The translations under genes were made by a program, and so were the position numbers. This document shows positions 36,590-49,517 of a stretch of DNA of 64,000 nt, piece by piece. The notes below the pieces were generated by a model. It worked only from the letters and a program-made list of their open reading frames with translations. It made no database searches and was not told the origin of the DNA. Numbering within the stretch: position 1 is the stretch's first letter; the number at the start of each line of letters is the position of its first letter. Source of the stretch: Selaginella moellendorffii (lineage: Eukaryota; Plantae; Lycopodiophyta); the NCBI RefSeq assembly GCF_000143415.4, contig NW_003314272.1:2257728-2321727 (forward strand), given 5' to 3'.

Positions 36590-38427
36590 ATGCTGTGGAT
36601 TCGTCGCTCCTCCCGGCGGATCTGTGCGCAGCTGCTGCCATTCCCTTTGGCGCCACCCGCCGCAAGCACCACATTCAATAGCATCGCGAAACGATGTCGA
36701 TTTGAGGTAAGGTGATCGCTTTTGGTTGCTTGAGTTCTGGATAATTTTTTTTATCTTAGATGATCCATAGTACGAGCAGGGATGATCTGTGAGTAACGCA
36801 ATCCCATGAGCCACTGATTTGAGTCGCTTTCAGGCAAAATTCTGGGATTTCTAGCTCTGAGCCTTCTCTGCTACCATCACCAGGAAGCTCCAGGGTCCAT
36901 CCGACAGCCATTGTTCACTCTCAAGCTACCATCGGTGAGGTAAGTTCCATCTTTTTGTCTGTCTTTCTCGTGGTTTCTAAGTTCCAAGTGGTTTGTGGTG
37001 TTCTTCGTGAGTTTCCTTCGTGGTTTTTCCAGCTTCTCGTGCAATTCTTTCTTGGTGATGTGAATTTGTGGTTCTACGTATCTTAAGTTTCTGGCCGTGT
37101 GCAGCGCGTGAGTATTGGTCCATTTTGCAGCGTTGGTCCCGGTGCAAAGCTTGGCAGTGGCTGCACACTCCACCCAAACAGCCACATCTTTGGAAACACC
37201 CACATTGGCGACAACTCCACGCTCTTCCCGTGAGTTGCAACGAAACGCTCTTTTCATGAACGTCATTTCTCTTTTTCTCTGTCTTCCATTGATCACAGGG
37301 GAGCAATAGTTGGAGCTGACATTCCTGGTGAGACGGTCATCGGCAAGAATAACAGCATCGGCTGTTATGCGGTAGTCGGAGTGAAGTGCCAAGATCTCAA
37401 GTACAAAGTAAACATCCAAGTTCTTGTTCTTCTCCATTAAGACTTTTATTCCAGGATGGAGACGAATGCTTTCTTCGAATAGGTGATAATAACGATATAA
37501 GGGAGCACGCCAGCGTTCACAGATCGTCCAAAAGCACCGATAGCACGGTACGTTGTATCCTCAAACTTCAAGTTTGATTCGAAAAAGTTATTTTCTCTTG
37601 TCCCAAGAACTCAAGTTTGATTCGAAGTTCTTTTATCTTTCAGATAATTGGCGACAGCAATCTTATAATGGGAGCCTGTCACATTGCACACGACGTCAAG
37701 CTCGGTAACAGCAACATTCTGGCAAATGGTACTCTTCTAGGCGGTCACGTCGTGGTGGAGGTAGCGATCTAGTTTTTCGCGACACTTAAAAAAGTTTTGG
37801 TTTAGAATTGTATCCACACAGGAGGAGGAGCGGCAGTGCATCAGTTTTGTCACATCGGCTCTTACTCCTTCTTGGCAGGCGGTTCCATGGTAAATGATCC
37901 GCATTGTTTTTTTAATCACCTATCAAGATCTTCACCAAAACTGTATGTTTTTGCTGCATCAGGTGGACAGAGATGTTCCAACGTATATGATGGTTGCTGG
38001 GAATCGTGCAGAGCTTCGGGGACTTAATCTGGAAGGACTGAGACGGCGTGGATTCTCCGAGATCGAGGTACTCTCTTAAAAACTTCTTTTCTGCATTGGT
38101 TTTGTAATTCCTTTCTTTTGTTCTCAGGTGAACAGCCTGAGGCGAGCTTATCAAAGGCTTTTCGTGAACAGTGATGAAAATGCTGGAGGGATCGACGACC
38201 GACTTGCCATTCTCGTGAGCCGTTTATTTTTCTCAGTTGGAATAGTGGTTTGTTGTTGATTTCATGAACTTTGGCTTTGGCAGGACTTGGATGCAAAGCT
38301 TTCCAAGGTTGAGGTAGTTCTTCAGATGATCCAGTCTGTCCGGGATTGTTTCGGAGAGAATCGAAGAGGCCTGTGTAAGTTTCGGCAAGTAACTGGAATC
38401 ATAGACAATGCGATTGATATTCCTTGA
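36590..38427 (+). CDS. LPXA: Mitochondrial acyl-ACP:UDP-GlcNAc O-acyltransferase (many short exons)
   Basis: Hexapeptide repeats, [67 protein letters not shown]. Arg-rich presequence. Confidence 0.92.
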
Positions 38428-40771
38428 TCAAGCTCTACACATACAGTGGCTTAGCGGGTTCTCGTAGATATCAAATCCTGGAAACGTCGGCTCGGGTAAA
38501 CCCGTCCGGAACTCGTGAGTGGAGGCAACCTGGTCCACGAAGGCCGGCCATCCCAGCGTGGGATCGCCCAGCGCCTTGGCCATGAGGCTCTTGTCCGGTT
38601 TGATGGACTTGAGCTCGTGTCCCATGTATCTCCTGGTACCAATGACGAGCTTGGCAAAGTTTCCACCGTGCGTCATCACGAAGACATCGGACTTGACGCA
38701 CACCAGGAAGTCGAGAGCAGCGAGGCTGGTGACGTGCTGTCTGAATGGCTTGAGTTCCTCTTTCGTTGCTAGATCGTCTTTTCTCACCTGTGAAAAGGAA
38801 AACCATTTTAAATTTACAAACTCTGGAAAAACTTACCAAGTTTGGGAACATGTTTCGTAGCGGGGACATGCGATTCTCACCGCCATAAACTTGGCCCGAC
38901 GCGACGTAAATCTGCGTCTCCTTTGGATACCCCTTGGCCATGAGAACCACGCCAACTTCTGCCGGCTCGAGTGGACACCTTCCCTCTTTTCTTTTCAGTA
39001 GAGCTTGACGCCACAAATGTGACCCGTTCTGAAACGAGGAAGGATTGGATGAGCTAAACACAAAAGCAAAGACGGCTTACCTTGAACCTGCGAGGCCATT
39101 CTTTCTTCCTGTAAGCAGCCATCATTGCTTTTTCTTCGCGGTTACCAACAAAATCACAAAATGAAAGTCCGACCATTCCCTTCTCGAATCGCAAGTGTAA
39201 GGCCCTGAAATGCTGCGTTACAGGAAGTCAAGTAGTGGGATGACGCGACTTACATATACGGCTTCAATAAGCCCGTTCTGTTTCTCATCCTGGAAACTAG
39301 GACATCCGCCATTTCTTCTATATGAGGCAAAAACTTCAAAGCGTGGTAGTTGACCCTGCATCTCAGCTTGTTAATTTCAGCTGGCACATTATCATACCTG
39401 ATCAAAGACAGCATGAAACACAGATGGTAGAAACATACACAACATAGTACAAAAGACGCTTACCCAAGCCTGTCGACAAAAGGCTTTAGAGCCATCACTC
39501 TTTTCTCTTTGATACGAGGCAAAACGTTGTCCAAATACCACTGTGCCGATGCATATTTGGGGATGTTCTTAACAGTCCTCCTGAAAGTCAAATTCGCAAA
39601 TTCGCTATAAAAACAAGAAAGGTGAAACCGGGCTTACTTGAGACTAGTATACAAATCGCCTTTATCCGGCAACCACGACGGTATGTCTTTCACAATCCGC
39701 ACGTCATCTTTGAGGGACTCTATAAAATGATCCACGTCAAAGACGTCCTCAAACCGCCTGCATGCAGAAGCTTTAACTTAGGAGTTCCTGGAATTCGTGT
39801 GCAATCAGACGGACTTTGATAATAGTAGGAGCGCACAACTTACGTTTTGTCTTTCCATATCTGGTCCTGCTTCATCAACGGGATGATGAGCGTCACGTTC
39901 ATGATCCTTGCAACAGCAACAGCATTGCAAATCTGCAAATTTTATGGAGCTCTTGAAACACATACTATAACTGCTGTTAAACAACTAACCGCAATGCGCT
40001 GTTGATTTAGTCCTCCTTCAGCATGGATGCCGAGGTAACCATTTGTTTCATCCTCCGCTAGAGGCACTATACAAAAGAAAGAGCGCTTGAATCAGACACA
40101 GGGAAGCGAAAGAACTAACAAAGAAAAGAAGCGAACGAACCAATGTGTTTAGAAGCTCGCTCCTCGGCGCAAGGCCGCCACGACTTAGTTGCAGATTTTG
40201 GATTGTGCCACAAAGAAGGCGTGTCCGAAACCTTCACAAAAAATTCCAATTTTTTGGTTCTTAAGCTGGAAAGAAGGAGATCAAAGATGAAAGCTTACCG
40301 GTGGACAATGCAGCATCACACCATCCTTCCGACAGAGATATGGACGATTCTAAACCAAAGAAGAAGAGAAATAAACAATCTATAAGACTACGTAGCGAGC
40401 ATGGATATTGTTTATCTTACCAAATGTCCCCACGCAAGAGGCAAGCAAAAGAACAAGAGCCCGAGAAGAGCCAAGGACACGGCCACGGCGATCCAGCCCC
40501 GCCGTGCCAAAACCCTGGCACCTAGCGATCCCTCCGACTCCGAGGAAGAGCTCTCGCCCTCCCTGGACACGATCCTCGACACAAACCCTGGCAGCGACTG
40601 GAACGCGTGAAGAACGCGAGCAATGTAGCCCTGGGGGTTGTGCTGCGGCGCCTGCTGCTTCTTCATCGACGGCGGATCGGCCGCCAGCAGCGACTGCCTC
40701 GCGGCGGCACCAGATCTCGCGATCGCCGCCGCCGCCACGGCGCTGCCTCCACTCCGCCACGCCTCCGCCAT
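38428..40771 (-). CDS. PAGR: O-fucosyltransferase family (GT106/DUF246), PAGR-like, multi-exon
   Basis: IHAEGGLNQQRIA, KQDQIWKD, KNIPKYA..LPRIKEKRVMALKPFVDRLG, ALHLRFEKGMV, GRCPLEP, MTHGGNFAK. N-terminal transmembrane helix. Confidence 0.9.
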
Positions 40772-40811
40772 AGCTACATTCAAATGAAGCTTACTTGTTA
40801 GGGTTTATGCG

Positions 40812-41766
40812 ATGAGCCGATGGAAGGGGAGAGGGGCGAAAGCGGTGGCCGAGGCGGCGCCGCTGTCTGGATTGTATGACGAGATCAGGCGATGGTCGGC
40901 GCGTCTAGAGTGCGCATTGAGCGCCTCCGGGGGGACGCTCGTGGCGAATCGTCAGCAAGCTCGCCTTCTCTGCGCTACAGGCTTTGGATCCGATGTGCTC
41001 TCGAGTGAGTGTGTGATTTCCAGAGATTTAGTGCCAGTGTTGTGATCGCCAGCTCCGGATCGTCGTGGAGATGGCGAGGATTTGGCGACTACACACGTCT
41101 TTCAGCTGATGCTTGAGGAAGTTTTCTACTTGAGCTACGAGCTAGATTGCCTTCGCGTCCATCGCCAAAGCTCACAGGTTTAGCTCTCTTTGCTTGCTCT
41201 CATCTCTTTGTTCCTTTGTGTGTGTCCTCTGCTTTGCAGGGCCGTGTGGATCTTACACTCGAGGAATTGTGGTGCTTGATGCAAGAATTCAACAGGGAGT
41301 TTGTGAAGATCTACAAGGCTTACTCTCACCTAAGGAACAAGCGATGGGTTGTTCGTCCTGGTCCACAGTATGGAGCCGATTTCATGGCATACAGGCACCA
41401 CCCGACTTTGGTGCATTCAGAGTACGCAGTTATTGGAAGCTTTTGCTCTCTCGTTTGTGACAAAAGATGGTCTTGCAGCTATGCAGTTCTTGTTATCTCG
41501 GTAGATGATCCCCAGAGCAGGCTGGCTTCATGGACGGATGTTCAAGGTATGACCCGGTTGTGCGGCAGTGTAGCAAAGGTGAGACGATCATTCAAGCAAG
41601 ATCCTCTCTCACATGTCAATCGAGCTTGCAGACACTGTTGGTGCTGTACATCATAGTTGACATGGGCCATGATCTGTCTTCTCCAACGTATTTGGAGCGA
41701 ATAAAAGTGGAGGAAGTAGAAGTGCGTCGATGGCTACCACAGAAACACCGAGAAGACTCACAATAA
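40812..41766 (+). CDS. SEN2: tRNA-splicing endonuclease subunit Sen2, multi-exon
   Basis: MSRWKGRGAKA, LMLEEVFYL, YKAYSHLRNKRWVVRPGPQYGADFMAYRHHPTLVHSEYAV, RLCGSVAK (catalytic Y/H/K). Confidence 0.92.
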
Positions 41767-41876
41767 CGTAAAATGGTTTTTGAGGAAGGTTAGTTTACAT
41801 TCAAAACTTTGCTTAATAATTCATGTTTAGTTATATTTATTAATACAATTGATCAATCAGAAGTTTATAACTATAA

Positions 41877-44115
41877 CTAGTACTTGCCCATCAAAAGTTA
41901 GCGAGGGTAAATTTAGTGCTAAAATTAATACAATGCACTATACTAATCATTGTGTTATGTGATGTTTAGTTTGCATTTGTTCTTCTTTTCCCATTGGATA
42001 ACAAAAGAAAAAGTTTTGGTGAGATTTTTTTTTTTCCACAAAATGGAAGCATGATACCTATTCCTAATTGAAGCGAATTATCTCAACCTAGAAGCTGCCT
42101 AAACCTTGGAAAGAAGAGATGAACATCACTTTGACAGAATTTAGATGGTATTTTTCCATATTTTTACATATTGTACAATGTTATGAGCTTGGCAGTGGTG
42201 GAAGCCATAGTTATCTCCACTACAATGGCAGCCTTTTCTCGATTGCTTCCTTTTGCAACACTAGTAGCAGAAGTGCTGAGGTGATGGAGCTTGAATCCTT
42301 TATGTGGCTCATGAGGTATAGCTCTAGCATGAGCTTGAGCTCTAGCATCCTAGGTGTTGATGGTGAACACTACTAAGTTTTTGGTGTTGTCCTTGTTCTC
42401 GTTACCACTGTTGTAGTTTTGGCTGTCCTTGGAGTTTGTGTCCTATGCACTATTCTTGTGGGAGATGGCAGTGTCACTGAGACAAAAGTGTGCTTGTTTC
42501 TTGATCACTTCCTTAGACTTGTGTGGGGCAGCATGAACTGCCAACTTCTTCTCTTCATCTTTGATCTCCAAGATGTCTTTGAAGAGGAGGAATACTTCAT
42601 TTGATCTTTGTAGACTGTGATGGTTGCATGGAACTCTATGCCTTGTAGTTGCAGTGAACCCATCAACCTATGAAGAAAGCAGAGTTCAGAACCAAGTGGT
42701 AAAAATAGAGGGCTACTTTGGAAGACTTGGATGGTACTAGGTCATTCAACTTGCAAAGTCCAAGGTTTCTTTGAGTAAGCATTAAGAAAGAACTTTGCAT
42801 TACCTCAGTATGGAGAATTTCCTTGAGCTCAATTATAGGGCATTTTTCACTCCAATAGCTGGAAACAATGGAAAAAAGTCACCAATGAAAGTTGGCTATC
42901 AAGAACGAAGAACATATACTAGACATGGAATAGAGTTTTGCATGAAGTGCCATAGATGTTGTAGAACTTAAAATCTTTTGGAAGTTTTGCAGAGAACCAT
43001 AGGCGGCAAGACTCATTTGCCCACTCAAGAATGCATCTATTGAAAGGAATGGGTATTGTCTTGTCATCATAGCTCAATTGCATAGAAAATATTTAGTTTA
43101 TCAGCATAACCAAAGAAAAGAAAAGAGAACTTGATATACCATTAATTATGTTCTCTTTAAGTGCAACTTCCATCTCAAACACTCAAGGGGTCCATATAAG
43201 TGTAACTTGATATACTTGGGATTGTTATCATGCTTTCTATGCCGCCTCCAAACTTGCAATTGTGGAGGGGCACTCCCATTCATATGTGAGGGATGCCATC
43301 ATTGTTTGACAAATGTAATCATGGTCAACACATTGCATGCAATATATGTTTTTCTCTCACCCCATGCAATTGGCCACCTGTAAGCGGTTGAATTTAGACT
43401 TCTCGGGAGGTCACCCAACCCAATACTATTCAAACCCAAGGACACTTAACTCCAACTATCCCATGACCTTTGGCCAATTGGAAAAGGGGGGTGCACTCTT
43501 ATTCATGGGCCCTTTCCCTCTATATTTGAACCCGATGGATTGTTTCTCAAGTCATTCTCTTTAGTTGCTTACAATCCACCATGCTTCCCTGCAAGTTCAC
43601 GCCCTCATGAACGGAAGCTGAGAGTCATAACTCTCCTGAGAGCCCCGCTCTCTTGACACCCTACCCCTTGAGTCGAGCCCAGCGGGAGCAAACTGGACCA
43701 GTCAGATGTCAATCAACATGTGGTGTGATTCCTCTAGCCAACCAACAAAGTCGGACCTGAAACCGCTTTGATACCAAATGTAAGCTCCTGAATTTAGACT
43801 TCCCGAGAGGTCACCCAACCCAATATTATTCAAACCCAACGACACTTAACTCCAACTATCCCAAAACCTTTTACCAGTTGAAAAAGGGGGTGCACTTTTA
43901 TTCATAGGCCCTTTCCCTCTATATTTGAACCCGATGGATCGTTTCTCGAGTCGTTCTCTTTAATTGCTTACACCACCTCCCATTGGCTAAGAGCAAACAT
44001 TAGTGATTATTTGCTAAAACATGGTTAAAGATATAACCCTTTGATAGTTACCCCCATCGAATGGTTGCCATTGGCTAGATTTGGTGGCTCAGAAACTCCT
44101 CCTTATTATTATAGA
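41877..44115 (-). mobile_element. Probable non-autonomous Helitron
   Basis: Minus strand begins A|TCTATAATAATA (44115) and ends in an imperfect CCC...GGG hairpin, then CAAGTA-CTAG|T (41877). No TSD, AT target site. The hairpin is degenerate. Confidence 0.45.
43379..43972 (-). mobile_element. Complete Cassandra-type TRIM (5S rRNA-derived LTRs)
   Basis: LTRs 43379-43573 and 43779-43972 (TGTAAGC...GCTTACA). TSD CCACC at 43374-43378 and 43973-43977. PBS TGGTATCAAAGC (43765-43776, minus). PPT-like GGGAAGCATGGTGGAT. Each LTR carries a 5S-like core. Confidence 0.93.
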
Positions 44116-46549
44116 TTATAAACATATTTATAATTTATAAACACAAGATTAATTTTATTGCATATCACCATAGTAACTAAGCAGCCTATAACATTTCGGC
44201 TACACACAAGTGAAACTACAAGATCTAGCTCTCAACATCAACACTAACAACATGCTGCATCACTGTCAACACCATAGCCGAGAGCGCCCCAAGCAAAAGC
44301 AATGCTATGAGCTCAAGCTTCCACATAGGATCTTGAACTTAACATCTCTCTAGTTTATAGATGAAATGCAATGCCTCCAGCCAACTCCACAAAATGGCAA
44401 TATTAGCAAATTTTGCAAAGTTTTTCCACGATGAGTGGAGTCCAAGTGATGATCAATGCCATCATCTACCAGCTCATTGATGCAAAGCTCATAAATATCT
44501 AAAGTGACATTCTTCAGCTCAAGAGAAGCATTTGAGGTATGGGTTTCTAGAGATTCATTTGCGCAAAGACTAAGTGTATAAATGAAAAACTCTCTAAGGA
44601 GAATATCAAACTTTGCAATGAGATCTAATAGTTCAAGGTAAAGTAACCATTAATTATCATAGAAGATACCCATTATGTAAGATTAGATAAAGAAGGCCAA
44701 GTTAACACTCAAACTCTATTTTTATCTCTTTTGTATTCTAGCCTTCTATCATCAATGCACATCCACATGCTCAAGATCCAAAGTATTTAAGTGATGCTAA
44801 GTTTATCCTTGCTCGTGACCTAGAACTTTTTGGAGATTAAAGGACTTAAGTCACTTTTCTTTCTCATTCTTTGCATATTTATTTCTGTTTATCTAAAGAA
44901 TTGCTACAATAGAGAGCAAGATTTAGAAAGCAAGCTTAATAGCAAATAATTGCTTTTCTCTCTCTTTTGTTTCTTTTGTATTTCTCCCAATTAGATCACA
45001 ACATTTTCAATACTCATTAAGACTAATCCTTTGTTATCAAATGTAGTGCATATAGTTTTGACCTTATATCCTATAATGAATTACCATAAACTAACCATAA
45101 AGTGAAACCAAATCCTTGGATATGTGTGCCAAGAGCAATGGAGTAGGACTTGAGTTTTAGAACTTTAAACCACCAAATAAAAAGATGGAATTAAAATTTT
45201 AAGTATATAGCAATAATAAGTACAAAACAACTCCTAAACATATAATTAGAGAGAAAAGGAAAAAAAGTATGGAGTGACATTAAAATATTCCTTTAGTATT
45301 CAACATTCTATGCTAAAACTAGCATGCAAAATGGAGCTAAATAGAATTAATGTTACTTCAATATATTAGTGGTATAATATAACAATATGGGTACTCCACT
45401 AGCTAACATAGTATAGAATTTAAGCTTAAACCCAAAATAAACACAAAAGAAGGATAAATATAGCTAAATAATGTTTTAAATTGGTTAGCCATACTTGATC
45501 TACAAGTAATGCTATGAAACACCAACCAGCCACTAAAAACCTTTGCTTCCACTTCTAAGTTCATAAAATTATTGCTATAAGTTGGAGATGATTACATCTT
45601 TCCTACCAGAACTCTATTAAATGATGGAGGACATGTATATAAACATTTTGTGTCTATAAACCACTAAAGAATGCCAAAGTAAACTATGGTACCAAGGGGA
45701 AAGATAAAAGAGGTAATATGGAAAGAATAAGCAATGGTGTAAGGAATGAATGGAATGCAAAAAGTGATTATGAAAAGTGCAAAAGAATGGGAGGGAAAAT
45801 ATAATGAAAGTGATGTAAAGGCCATGTATAATAGTTGTGGCAAAACATAAAAAAATTTGAATGCTATTTGGGGAGTCTTTATCTCTCTAAAAGGCTTTGA
45901 GTAATTATAAACTTCCAGTTTAGGCAATTTCTTATTGTAAAGAAGCTCTGGGAAAACCACTGGAAGATTATTATATTTTGATGGCTATGTCTCAAAGGTG
46001 TTTATAGCCTTAGATTTCTTAAATTGAAGATGCCAACCATGTTTGTTGAGAAAAGTTGCATAATGCCACAATCAGAAATTATCATAATACCTAAATGCCA
46101 TTTTGTCTCACAATCCACTACTTAGTGTTAGAAGATATGATTTACAAAGGTCTTTAACATAATTGCTATCATGAAAGAGATCTCCAAGCCAAGCTAATGA
46201 AGGGAGATGACGCTGCTCCCAAAGCTAAAGTCAAGTAATGCACCCTCTACCACCTTTCTAGCTATTGTGATCCTTATGCTTGGTATAAGTGAATAGTTTG
46301 AAACATGTACTCTAAAGAGCTACTCCTCAGTCACACAACAAGAACCACAGATGCCTAAAAATGGCAAATACCAAATCATGCCACAAACTAAAGAAAATTG
46401 TATACCTTTGCCTTAACCAACACATCTAGAACAAGAGTGAGTGTGAAAATTGAAAAACCAGAGCTAAAAACAATGAAAATGGGTGAAATAGAACTTGTTA
46501 GAAAGCTCTTGACTTACCCTATCTTTTAGATAAGAAAAATCTCAAAAAA

Positions 46550-46810
46550 CTCTAAGCAGAACAAAGGTGAAAAAGCTCTAAACTCCTCATAGACAACACA
46601 AGAAGAGAAATGTTGTTAGATGTCTCGACACACAACATGAAAAATCATGAGATATAACTCTTTGATGAGCTATTTGCTTTAACTCTCAAACAAAATAAAT
46701 CTTAGAAAATCCAAGCAGGAAAGAGGAGAAAAAGCTCCAAACTCCTCAAGGACAACACAAAAAGAGAAATGATGCTAGATTTTTCTCAACACACCACACC
46801 AAAATTCACA
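46550..46810. repeat. Diverged tandem repeat, period ~159 bp, in an AT-rich TE-like region
   Basis: AAAAGCTCYAAACTCCTCA.RGACAACACAARAAGAGAAATG occurs at ~46571 and ~46730. Confidence 0.75.
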
Positions 46811-48417
46811 AAACAAGACTTAAAAGAAAGCTTTCTTTAGATTATAAAGAAAAAAATCCAAGGAAAACACTCCTAGAAACCACGAGATAAAGAGAAAGAA
46901 CCCCTCAATAATTTAAAAAAATGACTAAATCTTTCTAAGGGAATGAATTGAATCAAGAAAGAAAGAGCTCTTTGGAAATTTTAAGAGCAGATTTACCTGA
47001 GAACATAATGGCTTGTAAAGAGTGTCTAATATGGTCCTATCTGTGAGCTTTTCAAATCTCCTTGCATGTCCCAATTCTTACACTAAATTTGTGGATTTGT
47101 GATGCTAAATAATAGAGAAAGATGAAATATACAAGACCATCTACTCAATTTGCCAAAAAATAAAAATTTGAAAAAATAAATAAATAAACCACTAGAACAA
47201 AATTTTTAGTCGTGAATCCCAAAACCCAAAGAAAATTAAGAAAAGCTAATAAATCTGCAAGAATGCCATGCTTAGAAAAACCCATCTCAGGGCACCCCTA
47301 GATGTGAATTATACCACTGAGAATGAGAGTTGTGCTCTAATTCCTCACAACTCTTAAGAAATAAGAAAGAAAATGAATGGAAATGGGATGGGCTAACTAA
47401 GAATCAACTCATCCCATTGTGGTCACCATTTTGATGTGCAAGTAGCACATCTCTCACTCTCAAACATACTCAAAACAAAGCAAAAAACTCCATAGCTACC
47501 AGCTCAAAGATACATCATCAATCACTCCTTATCATGCTCCCTTATCTACAATTCATCCAAGAAAATGGAAAGAGGCCATTCACAACATTTCAGGGAAATT
47601 AAACATTGCTTAGGCCTGTTCTGCTGCTCGCAACACAAATAAGAGGGGTTTAAAGTTCTAAACAAGTTGACCTCCTTTCTAGAGTAAACTCTCCCAAGGA
47701 TCCCAAGGATTGCAAGATGCAATCAGCAAGGCATACAAGGTCTATTCATTTCTGATCAGTGCTTTTGTCCGAAACTTGCCATGGCATTCTCTCCTGTAAG
47801 TAGTTTTTCTACATGACCAGATTTGTCATGCGTTCTGCAAGACAAGGTACTGCTTTCAGATCTGCAACAATCTTCCCGGGCTTGGCTTGAATCTTAACTA
47901 CCTTCTGGCTTTGCTCAAAACCTTCTGGGACCAGGAGATTGTGTCTGGTCGCTAAATCGAGTGGAGGCTCCACCAGGTGGACAAGAACATGGCATCCTCC
48001 TTCCTTGGTATCATATTATAGCAGGCCAGAGTGGTGGTGACCCCAACTCTGCTGTCCAGTGGTCTACCAAGAGTGGTCACAGATGGATGCAACTAAGGAC
48101 AACGCAGTAGTTGTTCCAGTGGGTTGACAGCAGCTCTTTTTTGGCTCTTCTCCATCCATATGACGTGGCTGCATACATGGTTTGTGATTATCAAAACAAT
48201 GCTCTTAGCTTTAAAGAGTTTTCTTGCTGATCTTCCCAGGGGCCATTGCTGGACATTAGACACACATCGCTACTCTTTTCCTGTGCTTGGATGTACCAGC
48301 AAGGACTCCTCAGCTTATGGAACCACAGAAGGTAACTTGAGTTTTTTATTTTATTTCCCAAAGGAAGCTAACAAAGCTTTTTCTTGCAGGAGCCCGAGCA
48401 TAGATGGTGATAACTGG

Positions 48418-49057
48418 ACCTGATAGAGTGATCCTCCACATGCAACGTTGAGTACCTGGGAACCGTGGCAAATCCCAAGATATGGAATGTTTCTCTCGAG
48501 GCACCGGCGAGCAAGCTGGAGCTAGATCAAATCCTTGTTCCGGTCGATGAGAATGTCACTGGTGTGCGTTCGCTTGATCTCATCCAGGGATCGATATCCT
48601 CACCCTCGCACAGTAGCACGCCGTGGATTGGCTCGAAGCTGTCGAGGAGCGAGTTTAACCCGGAAACTCGTGGAACAATGACTGGAACCGCCCCATAGCT
48701 GACGATCAAACCTAGATGGTATTCTCCTGACAGAAAAAGAGAAAGAACTGTTAGCTAGCTAGCCATGCTTTCTGTGAAGGAGTCACAAGAAAGCCCGAAA
48801 AACTTTTCAGGGGTTTTTTTGATCGATCAGGAAACAGGAAAACAAAGAAAACAGGAGATTTAGAGAATGGAATCGGGAGTGACATTTCAATGACAATGAT
48901 TGAAAAGGAAATCAAGAATCGGCTGGGAGAGGAAGAGATTTCAATCCATTCTCAATCAGTTACCAACGAAATCCGCGAATTTGTTCTCGGTGCGCCTGGA
49001 GACGATGAGGACGCGCGGCAGCACGGAGGCAAGGTCCGCGGCAACAGCGCCGTCCAT
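48418..49057 (-). pseudogene. Class I glutamine amidotransferase (GAT1_2.1/peptidase C26-like) pseudogene
   Basis: Exon 1 MDGAVAADLASVLPRVLIVSRRTENKFADFV. Exon 2 [27 protein letters not shown], then a frameshifting deletion, an in-frame TAG and [22 protein letters not shown]. Truncated. Confidence 0.85.
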
Positions 49058-49517
49058 CTCAGCGCTCTTCCTTCATCGCTTCAAACACACACGCAGCGAG
49101 TAAAACTCCACACCGAGTACTCGCTCTTGCCATGCCCATCGTTGATACCCATTCTGGAGAAATGCTGCGTTCCTGCAAGACCTCAGCGAATCCACATCCA
49201 GATCCGCGGCCCCGCCCAGGAATTGCGATGGATCGAGAGCTTTGCCGATGATCTCGCTGCCCACGACAAGGATCGATTGAAACAGCCGCTTTCACGAAAA
49301 AATCCGGGCATCTGGTCGCCAGTCGCGCGTGCCTGTCTGGGAGACTCACTCATGCCTGGCGATCCATGGGGAGTTAGCTTGCGATTGCTGCTAGCTCGCA
49401 GCGAGCCCTCGGGGAGGGTTTTGGGCGGTTGAAGATGTCACGGCCGCGGGACATTGGCATCGTCAACCGCCCAATATTCCAACGGTGGAAATGCATTAAC
49501 ACTTCATAATAAATTAA

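Noticed and set aside
48890-49432. 180-aa plus-strand ORF
   Set aside because: Largely antisense to exon 1 and the leader of the GATase pseudogene.
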